The position numbers were made by a program, and so were the translations under genes. Below are positions 39,830 to 48,561 of a DNA stretch of 64,000 nt, one piece after another. Within the stretch, counting starts at the first letter, position 1. Each line of letters starts with the position of its first letter. The notes below the pieces were generated by a model. The model was not told where the DNA came from. It ran no database searches and saw nothing but the letters and a program-made list of their open reading frames with translations. Origin of the DNA: a virus (lineage: Duplodnaviria; Heunggongvirae; Uroviricota; Caudoviricetes); IMG/VR virus record IMGVR_UViG_3300020045_008999, positions 384,001 to 448,000 of that record. One strand, 5' to 3'.

Positions 39830-39838
39830 TATATATTA
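39830..39838 (-). promoter_or_regulatory. Late promoter motif TAATATATA for leader-tRNA operon
   Basis: Same motif precedes capsid, tmRNA and about 20 other genes. Confidence 0.7.
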
Positions 39839-39863
39839 ACTTTTTATTCTTCCTTTTGGGTTA

Positions 39864-40604
39864 TTATTCAATTATATCTACTTTTGTAGAAAAAGTTTCT
39901 CTTATTTTAGTTGTTTTGTCCAAAGTTTCTAAAAATGAATTGACTTTGGTCCTAATATTAATATCTTTCTTAATTTCTACTATTTCTAAGTTAATTTCCC
40001 GTGCTTTATCATTATCATTTTTTTGCTTATACAAACCCAATAATTCTGACATTATTCTCAATAGTTCGGTGTCTTTGACAAGTCTTTCAGCAGACTTCTC
40101 TAACGATTCTTCTACTGTGATGTTATTGATATACCAATCTTTTTGGGCGACCCAATTAATTTCACTTTCATCTAGTTTTAATTCATAAAATGGGTCTATT
40201 GATAACATAACTTCCAAGTCTAATTTATTCCTGTTTAACCACGTTAAATATTTATTTAAAATGGTAGGATCAGTGACAAACATTTTCTCAGACATTTCCC
40301 ATTTATTTCTGGGTTCATAATGCAGAAGTCCCAAATAGAATCTGACAAATTCAAGTGCCATTGGTGTATTTTTATCATCCCATACACAATAGCCTTTAGT
40401 TGGTACATAAAATATATTTGACCCAGCACTACCTATGGTAGTACCAGTGTGGCAAGCTTTAACTAGGCCTTCGTCAATTAACTCATCAATGTATCGTGAA
40501 AATTCTATTCGATTTGGGGCTACCTCGGCCACGATTCCGGATGTTCCCTGACCTGTGAGTTTTTGAGTCTCTACTATTGCGGTGTAAATTTCAGATTTAT
40601 TCAT
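39864..40604 (-). CDS. Hypothetical protein with C-terminal coiled coil
   Basis: 246-aa ORF. Confidence 0.7.
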   Translation of the reverse strand: MNKSEIYTAIVETQKLTGQGTSGIVAEVAPNRIEFSRYIDELIDEGLVKACHTGTTIGSAGSNIFYVPTKGYCVWDDKNTPMALEFVRFYLGLLHYEPRNKWEMSEKMFVTDPTILNKYLTWLNRNKLDLEVMLSIDPFYELKLDESEINWVAQKDWYINNITVEESLEKSAERLVKDTELLRIMSELLGLYKQKNDNDKAREINLEIVEIKKDINIRTKVNSFLETLDKTTKIRETFSTKVDIIE

Positions 40605-40636
40605 TTTCTATATTATATTTGTGTAAATAATTTAAA

Positions 40637-41155
40637 CTATTCTATAACTTTCATTAGTGAATAACACAATACATATTTGAAATCCTCTGTGAAATCTTCA
40701 TCATCCAAATATTCACACTGTGGTTGTAGGGTGCCTATATACTCCCCCCACTTGTGCCAACGCCATCCACCACCTTTGCCTCGATTAGATTTATCTTGGA
40801 ATACCGGGGTTAGTGTAATTATATATCGTTTATCTGGATCCATTATCTGTGGTGCGTATAGATTTATAATTTGGTCTATATTATCAGCAACACCATATGA
40901 GCTAATAAATATTCCATCAAAATCATCCACGAAAAAACCAGTATCTGGATCACATATGTGCGCATTCAAATCCGGTCTCTCAATTTTTTCATGAAACTCT
41001 TCTGCTGCAAAGTTATAATCAAAACTACAGCGGTATATTCCCTTATCAACCTTCCATTTGGCATCAAATTGTGGCACATATTCGAAATTTGCCTCTTTTG
41101 CGATTTTAGTCCTACGTTTACTTTCTTGTATATTTGGTGTTAAATCTACTAGCAT
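40637..41155 (-). CDS. Hypothetical phage protein
   Basis: YGVADN...GGWRWHKWGEYIG. Confidence 0.75.
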   Translation of the reverse strand: MLVDLTPNIQESKRRTKIAKEANFEYVPQFDAKWKVDKGIYRCSFDYNFAAEEFHEKIERPDLNAHICDPDTGFFVDDFDGIFISSYGVADNIDQIINLYAPQIMDPDKRYIITLTPVFQDKSNRGKGGGWRWHKWGEYIGTLQPQCEYLDDEDFTEDFKYVLCYSLMKVIE

Positions 41156-41218
41156 ATTTTTATTTTAATTTTTTAGATGATATTTGGAACACAATCGATC
41201 GTTTTGTATTTGGATAAC

Positions 41219-41524
41219 TTATTGGACCATCGGTTCTAGATCGTATGCAATTAAATCACAAGGTGGTTCTTGTAGTACAAGAAAAATGTCAAGTGCCATT
41301 ATTTTATGAGCTTTGAAAATTTGATAACACATATTCCATTCAGCAGTGTTAATTGTAATTCCATGTTCAGTTCGGACCCCCTGGCAAATGCCCCATTTTC
41401 GCATTACACCATAGAATTTATTCAAAGAAGATTTGAAACTATCATCTTCTGAAATTTTTATATTATTCAGATCGTTGTAAATTTTTTCCAAATCGTTGAC
41501 AAAATTACTGTTTCGCTTATTCAT
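41219..41524 (-). CDS. Hypothetical protein
   Basis: 101-aa ORF. Confidence 0.6.
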   Translation of the reverse strand: MNKRNSNFVNDLEKIYNDLNNIKISEDDSFKSSLNKFYGVMRKWGICQGVRTEHGITINTAEWNMCYQIFKAHKIMALDIFLVLQEPPCDLIAYDLEPMVQ

Positions 41525-41567
41525 GTTATAGTGTTTAATAGTTTGCTTTTATACCCAAAATGTCATG

Positions 41568-41837
41568 TTAGTGTTCATTGCAAACCAACACTCCGCAAAC
41601 ACCAGAATAATTTACAAGCATAGAACTTCCATCCTCCTCGTTATATTCAGTGAACGTTTTTGCGCCATAACCTGCATCAGAATGAAAAGTATGTATTTCA
41701 AATTTTCCAGTCATTCCACTTTTCCATAAAAACACATCACCTGTTTTCAATTCGTCAACGCTTTTCAACGTGATAGGCAACGAAACACTAACATCGTGTA
41801 TAAGAGATTGCTTATTTGGTTTTGTATCTTTCGACAT
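41568..41837 (-). CDS. Hypothetical protein in integron-cassette-like unit
   Basis: Stop lies inside CACTAAC core site; start lies inside an attC-like palindrome. Confidence 0.65.
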   Translation of the reverse strand: MSKDTKPNKQSLIHDVSVSLPITLKSVDELKTGDVFLWKSGMTGKFEIHTFHSDAGYGAKTFTEYNEEDGSSMLVNYSGVCGVLVCNEH

Positions 41838-41917
41838 ATTTTTTGAATTTAATGATTAGTAATTTTTGGAGGTTTAGTCTTGAATCAGCAACCTCCCATA
41901 CACGCCGTCCGTTATAT
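41786..41917 (-). mobile_element. attC-like recombination site
   Basis: ATATAAC...18-nt arm...arm...GTTAGTG; arms 41887-41904 and 41795-41812 pair fully with three G-T pairs. Confidence 0.5.
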
Positions 41918-42181
41918 GTGATGGAATTACATCAATAAATAATTAGTCGTTTGATGATTTTTGCTGATCATATACATTATTTGCAATTTTTTCCAAATCC
42001 TTCGATATATAATTTAAAAATGCCAACATCTGCTAAATGTCGGGTTTCAGTTTTTCTCTAGAACTCCATCAATTCGATGTTTTATCGCATTTAAATCACT
42101 GATTATTTCCGGGTTATTTTTCAAACAAGTGTGTAGTAGTTTCATAATACTTTTTTTAATTATCAGGCAATCAGCGTGGTT

Positions 42182-42913
42182 TTATAACATTTTAAATTCA
42201 TTAATATTCAACAAATGGTGCACACATCCATTGTGAATTGTTTTGATCGGTTTATGGAAGTGTCCATAAACATGTAATTTAATATTATTGAGTGGGTTCG
42301 CGTTTAATATATTGAACATTTCGCTAATATCATTACGTTCTTGTATTACGTCATCCCGTAATACTGGATCGGAAACAATCATTTCTTCGACGAATGGAGT
42401 AAACATTTCCACTGTTATCGGCTCGCACCAATTGGGAGCATTATGTGTAACCACTACATCAATACCGGATAAATTTTGTAATATATCTCGATCTAAAACA
42501 AACCCCTCATCTTTCCAATATGAAAGACGTTTATGTGTTTTGTTTCGCTCAATTCGCGGAATCCTATCTACGCTAATTGCACCACCAACAAAGAGAAATT
42601 TACGGTCCTCTATGTCTAAAACTGTATAATCTGGTAGCAAAGATAAATTACTAAAGGTGTGTTGGTACGCGCCACTGAAGAATCTGGGATCATCGTGATT
42701 TCCTCGCATTGCATACATAATACAATTAAATTCACACAATTTTTTATTCAGATAAGACAGTGTCTCCAAATCATATTCAAGTGATGTAAAACCTACACCA
42801 AAGTCTCCCACTTGTACTAATATCGAATCGGTTATTTGAAACCTTTTCAATAAAAAAATCAATGTTTTAAACTCTCCATGGATGTCCCCGATGAATATTA
42901 CTGGCTTTGTCAT
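42182..42913 (-). CDS. Calcineurin-like metallophosphoesterase
   Basis: GDIHG, GDFG, RGNHD, THNAP, GHFH. Confidence 0.92.
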   Translation of the reverse strand: MTKPVIFIGDIHGEFKTLIFLLKRFQITDSILVQVGDFGVGFTSLEYDLETLSYLNKKLCEFNCIMYAMRGNHDDPRFFSGAYQHTFSNLSLLPDYTVLDIEDRKFLFVGGAISVDRIPRIERNKTHKRLSYWKDEGFVLDRDILQNLSGIDVVVTHNAPNWCEPITVEMFTPFVEEMIVSDPVLRDDVIQERNDISEMFNILNANPLNNIKLHVYGHFHKPIKTIHNGCVHHLLNINEFKML

Positions 42914-42965
42914 ATTGCAAATATATAATTTTTATTTAATATATACAATAAATACAATAAGAATT

Positions 42966-43631
42966 ATGAATTATCTTAAACTTTATGAAAATTTTGACGT
43001 ACACGAATGGGTAGATACTCAGGAACAATACACAGTTGATTCATTAAAATTTCAAAAAATTGTAGATTTAATCAAACAAGAATTAGGACCAGATGTGAGT
43101 GATATAGATCACATAAGTCAATCTCGCACAAGTTATGGACAATCGTGGTATATTATTTTTAAGAATGGTAAGGAAATTAGATTATCGGACCATTCAGTAA
43201 CATCAACAAACCGAACACAGTCTAAGAATTCGCTCGCAATGGTAAATATACATCTAGATTTTAGTGAGAAATATGCTAAGAGGATAGTTGATTATTACCG
43301 ACGCATAAAACAATCAATGGGTGGAAATCCGGTAAGTGTACATAAATTATTTACAGATACAGCGCAAAAGTTACAATATGTCGACGGGCATTCTGACAAA
43401 TTCATTGACAATTTAAAACAATCTAATAAAACAATAATCGAAATTGAACGGACCTACATGGATATGGCTACGTTAAAATCCAAATATCCATCAGCCGAGC
43501 ATATTTTTCAACAAGATATTGGTGGGCGCGCATCCAGCTTTACGTTTGTTAATCAGTCGAACGGTGACAATAATTATGTATTATCAATAGATTATTTTGA
43601 TTTCCTTAATAAATCGGGAATTCTATCTTAA
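42966..43631 (+). CDS. Hypothetical protein with capsid-targeting-like N-terminus (start revised)
   Basis: MNYLKLYENF after late motif 42937-42945; IRLSDH motif. Confidence 0.7.
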   Translation: MNYLKLYENFDVHEWVDTQEQYTVDSLKFQKIVDLIKQELGPDVSDIDHISQSRTSYGQSWYIIFKNGKEIRLSDHSVTSTNRTQSKNSLAMVNIHLDFSEKYAKRIVDYYRRIKQSMGGNPVSVHKLFTDTAQKLQYVDGHSDKFIDNLKQSNKTIIEIERTYMDMATLKSKYPSAEHIFQQDIGGRASSFTFVNQSNGDNNYVLSIDYFDFLNKSGILS

Positions 43632-43656
43632 TATATACATAAAACAAATATCATAT

Positions 43657-43923
43657 ATGGCACATATTAAGAAATTCACTGAGTCATTTATAATTGGGTC
43701 AATTCCATTGGAAAGTTCCGCTAAAATGAGGAATAAGCTTTCTAAATTGACTTCGCTGTTAACCCGTTATGAGGAAATTGTAATATCTAATATAGATACA
43801 AATTCGGATGATTATCCAACTGATGTTAATGTGATTAATGTGAAAATTTCTAATCTTTTAAATTCAATGGACTTAGATGATTTAGAAATAGCATTGGAAG
43901 ACTGTAGTCATAAATATAAATAA
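43657..43923 (+). CDS. Hypothetical protein with capsid-targeting-like N-terminus (start revised)
   Basis: MAHIKKFTESF after late motif 43629-43637. Confidence 0.7.
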   Translation: MAHIKKFTESFIIGSIPLESSAKMRNKLSKLTSLLTRYEEIVISNIDTNSDDYPTDVNVINVKISNLLNSMDLDDLEIALEDCSHKYK

Positions 43924-43950
43924 AAAGAGGTGATATTATCACCTCTTTTT

Positions 43951-45036
43951 TTAAAAATCATCTAATAAATCATTCATATCACCGACATTTGCATCGAGTG
44001 AGTTTGTCAAATATGAAGTGATTTCAGTTTCTTGGGCGGCACTCTGCACAGATCCTGAATCTACATATTTATTAATCCATGTGATCGGATTTTTAGTTTT
44101 TGGAAAAATTTGTCGCAATCCCATATTTTTCATACGTAGATTAACTAAATATTTCATATAATTTGATAAAATATCTGCGTTCAACCCGATTAAATCACCG
44201 TCTTTGAACAAGTATTTTGCCCATTCAATTTCTTCATTTGCGGCATCTTCCCACATTTTATATACCGTTTCTTCACAATCTTTAGCGACTTCGGAAAATC
44301 CTTCACTCTCAACACTTTCTAGTGTTTTTAATATAAATCGAGTAAAACCACCATGCAGGTTTTCATCACGATTAATCAACTTGATAATTTGGGCATTACC
44401 AATCATTTTATTCTGTTCATGGAAATAATAAGAACAAGCAAATGATACATAAAATCTAACGAATTCTAAGATCTGAATTGAAACTAAGGTCAAGTATAAT
44501 TTCTTCTTTTTATTATACAATGTATCTCCGGGTATGCTGTTGATCAAGTCATCATAATAATGTGTAACGCTAGATGCTCGTTTTATGATTTCAGGATCCC
44601 TTGAAATTTCATCAAAAATTTCAGATGGGTTCGGGTAAACGTTTTTAATAATATGGGTATATGATCTAGAATGAATTTGTTCGAAAAAAGCCCAAGTTTC
44701 ACAAAATGACTCCACTTCAAGGTTTGTGCAATCTTCCAATAGGTGTAAAATTCCACGAGATTGTATACTATCTAAAAGTATTTGATATCCTAAATTTTTG
44801 GTAAATATGAATTTTTCTTGCTCAGATAATGTTTTAAAATCCCCTCGGTCTTTAGTAACATCAATTTCATTAGGCCGCCAAAACAAAAGCATTTGTTTTT
44901 CATAGAAATCCTCGATTTGTTTGTATTTTGGATTATCATAACGCTGAAATCCTAAGGATTCCTCCCCAAAGAACATAGGGATCGTAGATGGATCAATACT
45001 ATTTACATTGATAATTTTTTTAACTCGTTCGTCCAT
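43951..45036 (-). CDS. nrdB: Ribonucleotide reductase class Ia beta subunit
   Basis: FWRPNEID, LLDSIQ, EQIHSRSY, RFYVSFA, RDENLH, QETEITSY. Confidence 0.96.
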   Translation of the reverse strand: MDERVKKIINVNSIDPSTIPMFFGEESLGFQRYDNPKYKQIEDFYEKQMLLFWRPNEIDVTKDRGDFKTLSEQEKFIFTKNLGYQILLDSIQSRGILHLLEDCTNLEVESFCETWAFFEQIHSRSYTHIIKNVYPNPSEIFDEISRDPEIIKRASSVTHYYDDLINSIPGDTLYNKKKKLYLTLVSIQILEFVRFYVSFACSYYFHEQNKMIGNAQIIKLINRDENLHGGFTRFILKTLESVESEGFSEVAKDCEETVYKMWEDAANEEIEWAKYLFKDGDLIGLNADILSNYMKYLVNLRMKNMGLRQIFPKTKNPITWINKYVDSGSVQSAAQETEITSYLTNSLDANVGDMNDLLDDF

Positions 45037-45065
45037 TTTTATTTTTTTATAATTTTGTTATAATG

Positions 45066-45093
45066 ATTATATGCTGATTATATACTTTTGTTT
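45066..45093 (-). promoter_or_regulatory. AAAC-N18-TATAAT promoter for nrdB
   Basis: Exact motif and spacing. Confidence 0.65.
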
Positions 45094-45126
45094 AAAAAAA
45101 TAGTACATTTGTTGTAAATAATAAAA

Positions 45127-45567
45127 ATGAATATACAAGACATGCAAAAAAGTGCTTTACTTAGACAACTTCAAATTGACATGATATCGGATGATCCAAA
45201 TCCAATTACAATCTGGTTCGGTGAATTATGGAATTCCTTATCTAAAATGGAAATTAATGTTTTTCAAGACAATGGTAATGAAACTATTTATTTCTTAGAC
45301 AATGAAACATGGCCTTGGGTATTTTACCATGATAAAACTAATGGGCAGTTGGTCTGTAACTATGATCACTACTGGTCCAGATTTGCTAATAATAAAACTA
45401 TCAAATCTGCCGATATTAAACCAATTACAGAATTCCTAGTGCAAGAAGCCCTTAATGGGGAAGTAGTATGGGCAATTGGTGATAGTTTTATAAGTTTTGA
45501 CCCAATTCAAGATGCACTTAATGGGAATATGCTGGAGTGGAATGATAAAAAATATGAAAAAACGTAA
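45127..45567 (+). CDS. Hypothetical protein, LLRxLxI paralog family
   Basis: LLRQLQID...CNYDHYW; TACATTTG at 45104-45111. Confidence 0.72.
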   Translation: MNIQDMQKSALLRQLQIDMISDDPNPITIWFGELWNSLSKMEINVFQDNGNETIYFLDNETWPWVFYHDKTNGQLVCNYDHYWSRFANNKTIKSADIKPITEFLVQEALNGEVVWAIGDSFISFDPIQDALNGNMLEWNDKKYEKT

Positions 45568-45595
45568 TATATTCTCATTCATTTAAACTATAAAT

Positions 45596-45991
45596 ATGGC
45601 AGACTGTACCTTATTAAGAGAGCTTAAAATTGATTTATTATTAGACAAACCTAATATTATCCAGGAATGGTTTATTAAACTTTGTAGTAGCCTGATAGTG
45701 ATGGAATGTGATATTTACGGAAGTGGTAATGTTTATTACACTAACGATGAATCACCACGCTGGATATTTTATCATCTAAAAAATGATCATCAATTTTTTT
45801 GTAATTATGATCATTATTGGTGTATTTTTTGTATTGACGTCAATACCAGCGGCGATGATTATTTTAGAGTAGTAGGAACAATTACTAAATTCTTGGTCGA
45901 GAAAATGCTGGGTCATGAAATTTCAAACCCGGTAGCACTTGAATCCAGAATGAGTAATTCAATACAAAACTATGTAATTATAAATATTTAA
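45596..45991 (+). CDS. Hypothetical protein, LLRxLxI paralog family
   Basis: LLRELKID...CNYDHYW. Confidence 0.72.
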   Translation: MADCTLLRELKIDLLLDKPNIIQEWFIKLCSSLIVMECDIYGSGNVYYTNDESPRWIFYHLKNDHQFFCNYDHYWCIFCIDVNTSGDDYFRVVGTITKFLVEKMLGHEISNPVALESRMSNSIQNYVIINI

Positions 45992-45999
45992 GAAATAAT

Positions 46000-46443
46000 A
46001 TGAAATTAACTATTGAATTAGTTCCAAAAACTTGTTGGTATTCGAATGTCCGTTCTAATGTAACTACATCCGAATGGAATAAAATTAGAAAAAAAGTATA
46101 CCTTGACGCAAACCATGTTTGTGAAATATGTGGAAGTAATGGTAAATTACAAGGTCGTCGTCACGCAGTTGAATGCCATGAAGTATGGGAATATAATGAT
46201 ATTACTCATGAGCAGCGGCTAGTTAGAATGATTGCACTTTGTCCGAATTGTCACCAAACTAAACATGCTGGACTGGCAAATATCAACGGTAAAACTGAAC
46301 AAGTTATTAGACATCTTATGCATGTAAATCAAATAAATCGAACAGAGGCTGTTATGTATTTCAATGCATCCCTTGGCAGATGGTTAAATCGTAGTAAATT
46401 TAAATGGACACTAGATATTAGTGCATTGGGTTCTTATTTATAA
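46000..46443 (+). CDS. HNH endonuclease
   Basis: CEICG...ECHEVW...LCPNCHQTKH. Confidence 0.88.
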   Translation: MKLTIELVPKTCWYSNVRSNVTTSEWNKIRKKVYLDANHVCEICGSNGKLQGRRHAVECHEVWEYNDITHEQRLVRMIALCPNCHQTKHAGLANINGKTEQVIRHLMHVNQINRTEAVMYFNASLGRWLNRSKFKWTLDISALGSYL

Positions 46444-46475
46444 AAATTAATATATAATAAAAATAACTAAAACAT

Positions 46476-46697
46476 TTGAAGACGATTAAAACATTCGAAG
46501 CGTTTGTGGCCCGAGAGGAAATTGATTATGATGTAATTTTGTATAAAATCAAAGATCATGGGTGGGGAGATTTAGATGATAACCGAATTCAAAGCTTTGA
46601 GAATTCAAAGTATTATTCGGGTACCTCTGATGTTGATCAATATACCGAGGAATTACATAAGTATATGTACGCATTGTCAGTCAGGGACATAAAATAA
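46476..46697 (+). CDS. Small protein with capsid-targeting-like N-terminus
   Basis: MKTIKTFEAFVARE (TTG start); late motif 46448-46456. Confidence 0.7.
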   Translation: MKTIKTFEAFVAREEIDYDVILYKIKDHGWGDLDDNRIQSFENSKYYSGTSDVDQYTEELHKYMYALSVRDIK

Positions 46698-46723
46698 AAA
46701 AAGCTCTCAATATTGAGAGCTTT

Positions 46724-47443
46724 TTAGTTTGTAAATTTAGTAATGGTATTAATCAGCGTTAAATTCACAGGTGGTATATTACTTAGTGTATAAAACCCTT
46801 TATCTATAAAATTAGGATCATTGTATAAGTTAATTTCCAAACCAGTAGTATCAATTTCGTAAATATTATAATTGTTTATGTGTTTGATTGAATAATTGAA
46901 TAACTTCATCTTTATAATTACTTCATCACTTGCTGATTTAGTTTTACAAACGTATATTCTATTATCATGTAATGCTAATTTCTGTTTACGCTTAGGTATC
47001 AATCCAAATTTCATTATTTTATCGTGATAAATAGAAGGGGATACATGATATAATCGCTTAGGAATAGCGGATACTTTGTCGAACTTAGCTTCGTATATTA
47101 TTTTAACTTCGGAAAGGTCCTTGCATGATGCTAATAAATAACTCTCATCATATTTGGTATTATGTTCCATACCATTAGTTTTGATAATATACATATAAGA
47201 TGGGAACCATCCCAATTGGTTAATAATTGTTGAACATAAGTATCCAAATAGTAGCTCTATGTATACCTTATTAAATTCATACAAAGTTAATGACATTGAT
47301 ACATTTTTAAAATTTTCAATATCGAACGGTATGTTTAAAATACTCAACTTTCGTTTAATAGCCAGAATGCTGAAATTAATTTCAGTGGTAGTTATTAACC
47401 CTTCATTTAAAGAATGTATAAATGTTTTAAAATCTTGTATCAT
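46724..47443 (-). CDS. Putative ADP-ribosyltransferase-fold protein with capsid-targeting-like N-terminus
   Basis: LYHVSP....KIMKFGLIP...RIYV...YEID...NIPP; MIQDFKTF...LNE. Confidence 0.55.
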   Translation of the reverse strand: MIQDFKTFIHSLNEGLITTTEINFSILAIKRKLSILNIPFDIENFKNVSMSLTLYEFNKVYIELLFGYLCSTIINQLGWFPSYMYIIKTNGMEHNTKYDESYLLASCKDLSEVKIIYEAKFDKVSAIPKRLYHVSPSIYHDKIMKFGLIPKRKQKLALHDNRIYVCKTKSASDEVIIKMKLFNYSIKHINNYNIYEIDTTGLEINLYNDPNFIDKGFYTLSNIPPVNLTLINTITKFTN

Positions 47444-47507
47444 GTTATTTTATTTTATTATATTATCAAAAAGGGCACTCAATGTGGAGGGCCCTTTTTT
47501 AAATTTG

Positions 47508-48557
47508 CTATAAAACACAAGCATCACCACATCCAGATTCCAATTGTGAATCTGCCGTCGCATCGGCTTGAATAGTATCTAGTGTATTGGCATAGTACAA
47601 CTGTTTCCCACCATATTTGTAAAATTCTAGCATGTCTTTAATAACGACTTTAGCTGGCACTTTATTCCCTTCGTATTGGGCCGGGTTATAATAATGATTG
47701 ACTGATATTCCTTGATCTATCCATTTTTGCATTACACATACTACTTTGTTGATAACACTGTTATCAGTAATATCCCATGCCAATGTGTATTTATTTCCCA
47801 AAGTTTTCACACTAGGAACCACAATTTTAATACCACCATTTTTATTTAATTTAGTAGTGATTAATGACCTAGGTGGTTCAATACCATTTGTTGAGTTGGT
47901 AACAACTGAGGATGACTCCGACGGCATTAATGCACTTAAAACGGAATTTCTCATTCCATATTTGGCAATTTCACCGCGCAACCATTCCCAGTCACACGTC
48001 AATTCTCTTTTTACCAGCTCATCAACACGTTTATTATATAAATCAATTGGTAAAAGTCCCTCGGAATACTTAGTTCTGTTGAAATATTCACAAGGCCCAA
48101 GTTCTTTGGCAAGTTCCATGGATGCTTTCATCAAATAAAACTGAATATGTTCGAATAATTCATCGGTCATATCTAATATTTCTTGTGTACCGTATTTAAG
48201 ATTGTTTTTGGCCAAGAAGTACGCGTAATTGGTAACACCAACCCCGATTGACCTACGCTTAATCTGTTTATTTGATGCAGCAACCGGATAGTCTTGTAAA
48301 TCAATTATTTTGTCTAGTGCCTTAACCATATAGTACAGGGGCTTTTCCATTTTGGAAAAGGTATCTCTACCACCTAAATTGCCTAGGTTAATTCCTCCAA
48401 GCATGCACAAAGCTATCTCCGATGGTACATTCCCATACATCAATTCGAATTCTTGATCTAAATATACATACTCATCGTCGTTTTCTACTTCATTTTTATT
48501 ACAAAATTCAACCAAGTTCTCGTATTGGTTTTCTGCGTAAATTATTTCTTCTATCAT
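47508..48557 (-). CDS. nrdA: Ribonucleotide reductase alpha, C-terminal fragment
   Basis: EIALCMLGGINLG, RRSIGVG, MPSESSS, NGIEP, DQGIS, KQLYY, CGDACVL. Confidence 0.93.
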   Translation of the reverse strand: MIEEIIYAENQYENLVEFCNKNEVENDDEYVYLDQEFELMYGNVPSEIALCMLGGINLGNLGGRDTFSKMEKPLYYMVKALDKIIDLQDYPVAASNKQIKRRSIGVGVTNYAYFLAKNNLKYGTQEILDMTDELFEHIQFYLMKASMELAKELGPCEYFNRTKYSEGLLPIDLYNKRVDELVKRELTCDWEWLRGEIAKYGMRNSVLSALMPSESSSVVTNSTNGIEPPRSLITTKLNKNGGIKIVVPSVKTLGNKYTLAWDITDNSVINKVVCVMQKWIDQGISVNHYYNPAQYEGNKVPAKVVIKDMLEFYKYGGKQLYYANTLDTIQADATADSQLESGCGDACVL

Positions 48558-48561
48558 TTTA

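Noticed and set aside
41930-42145. Possible frameshifted small gene (MKLLHTCLKNNPE...) on the minus strand
   Set aside because: Fragments are only about 30 codons with no recognisable motif; cannot be supported without homologs.
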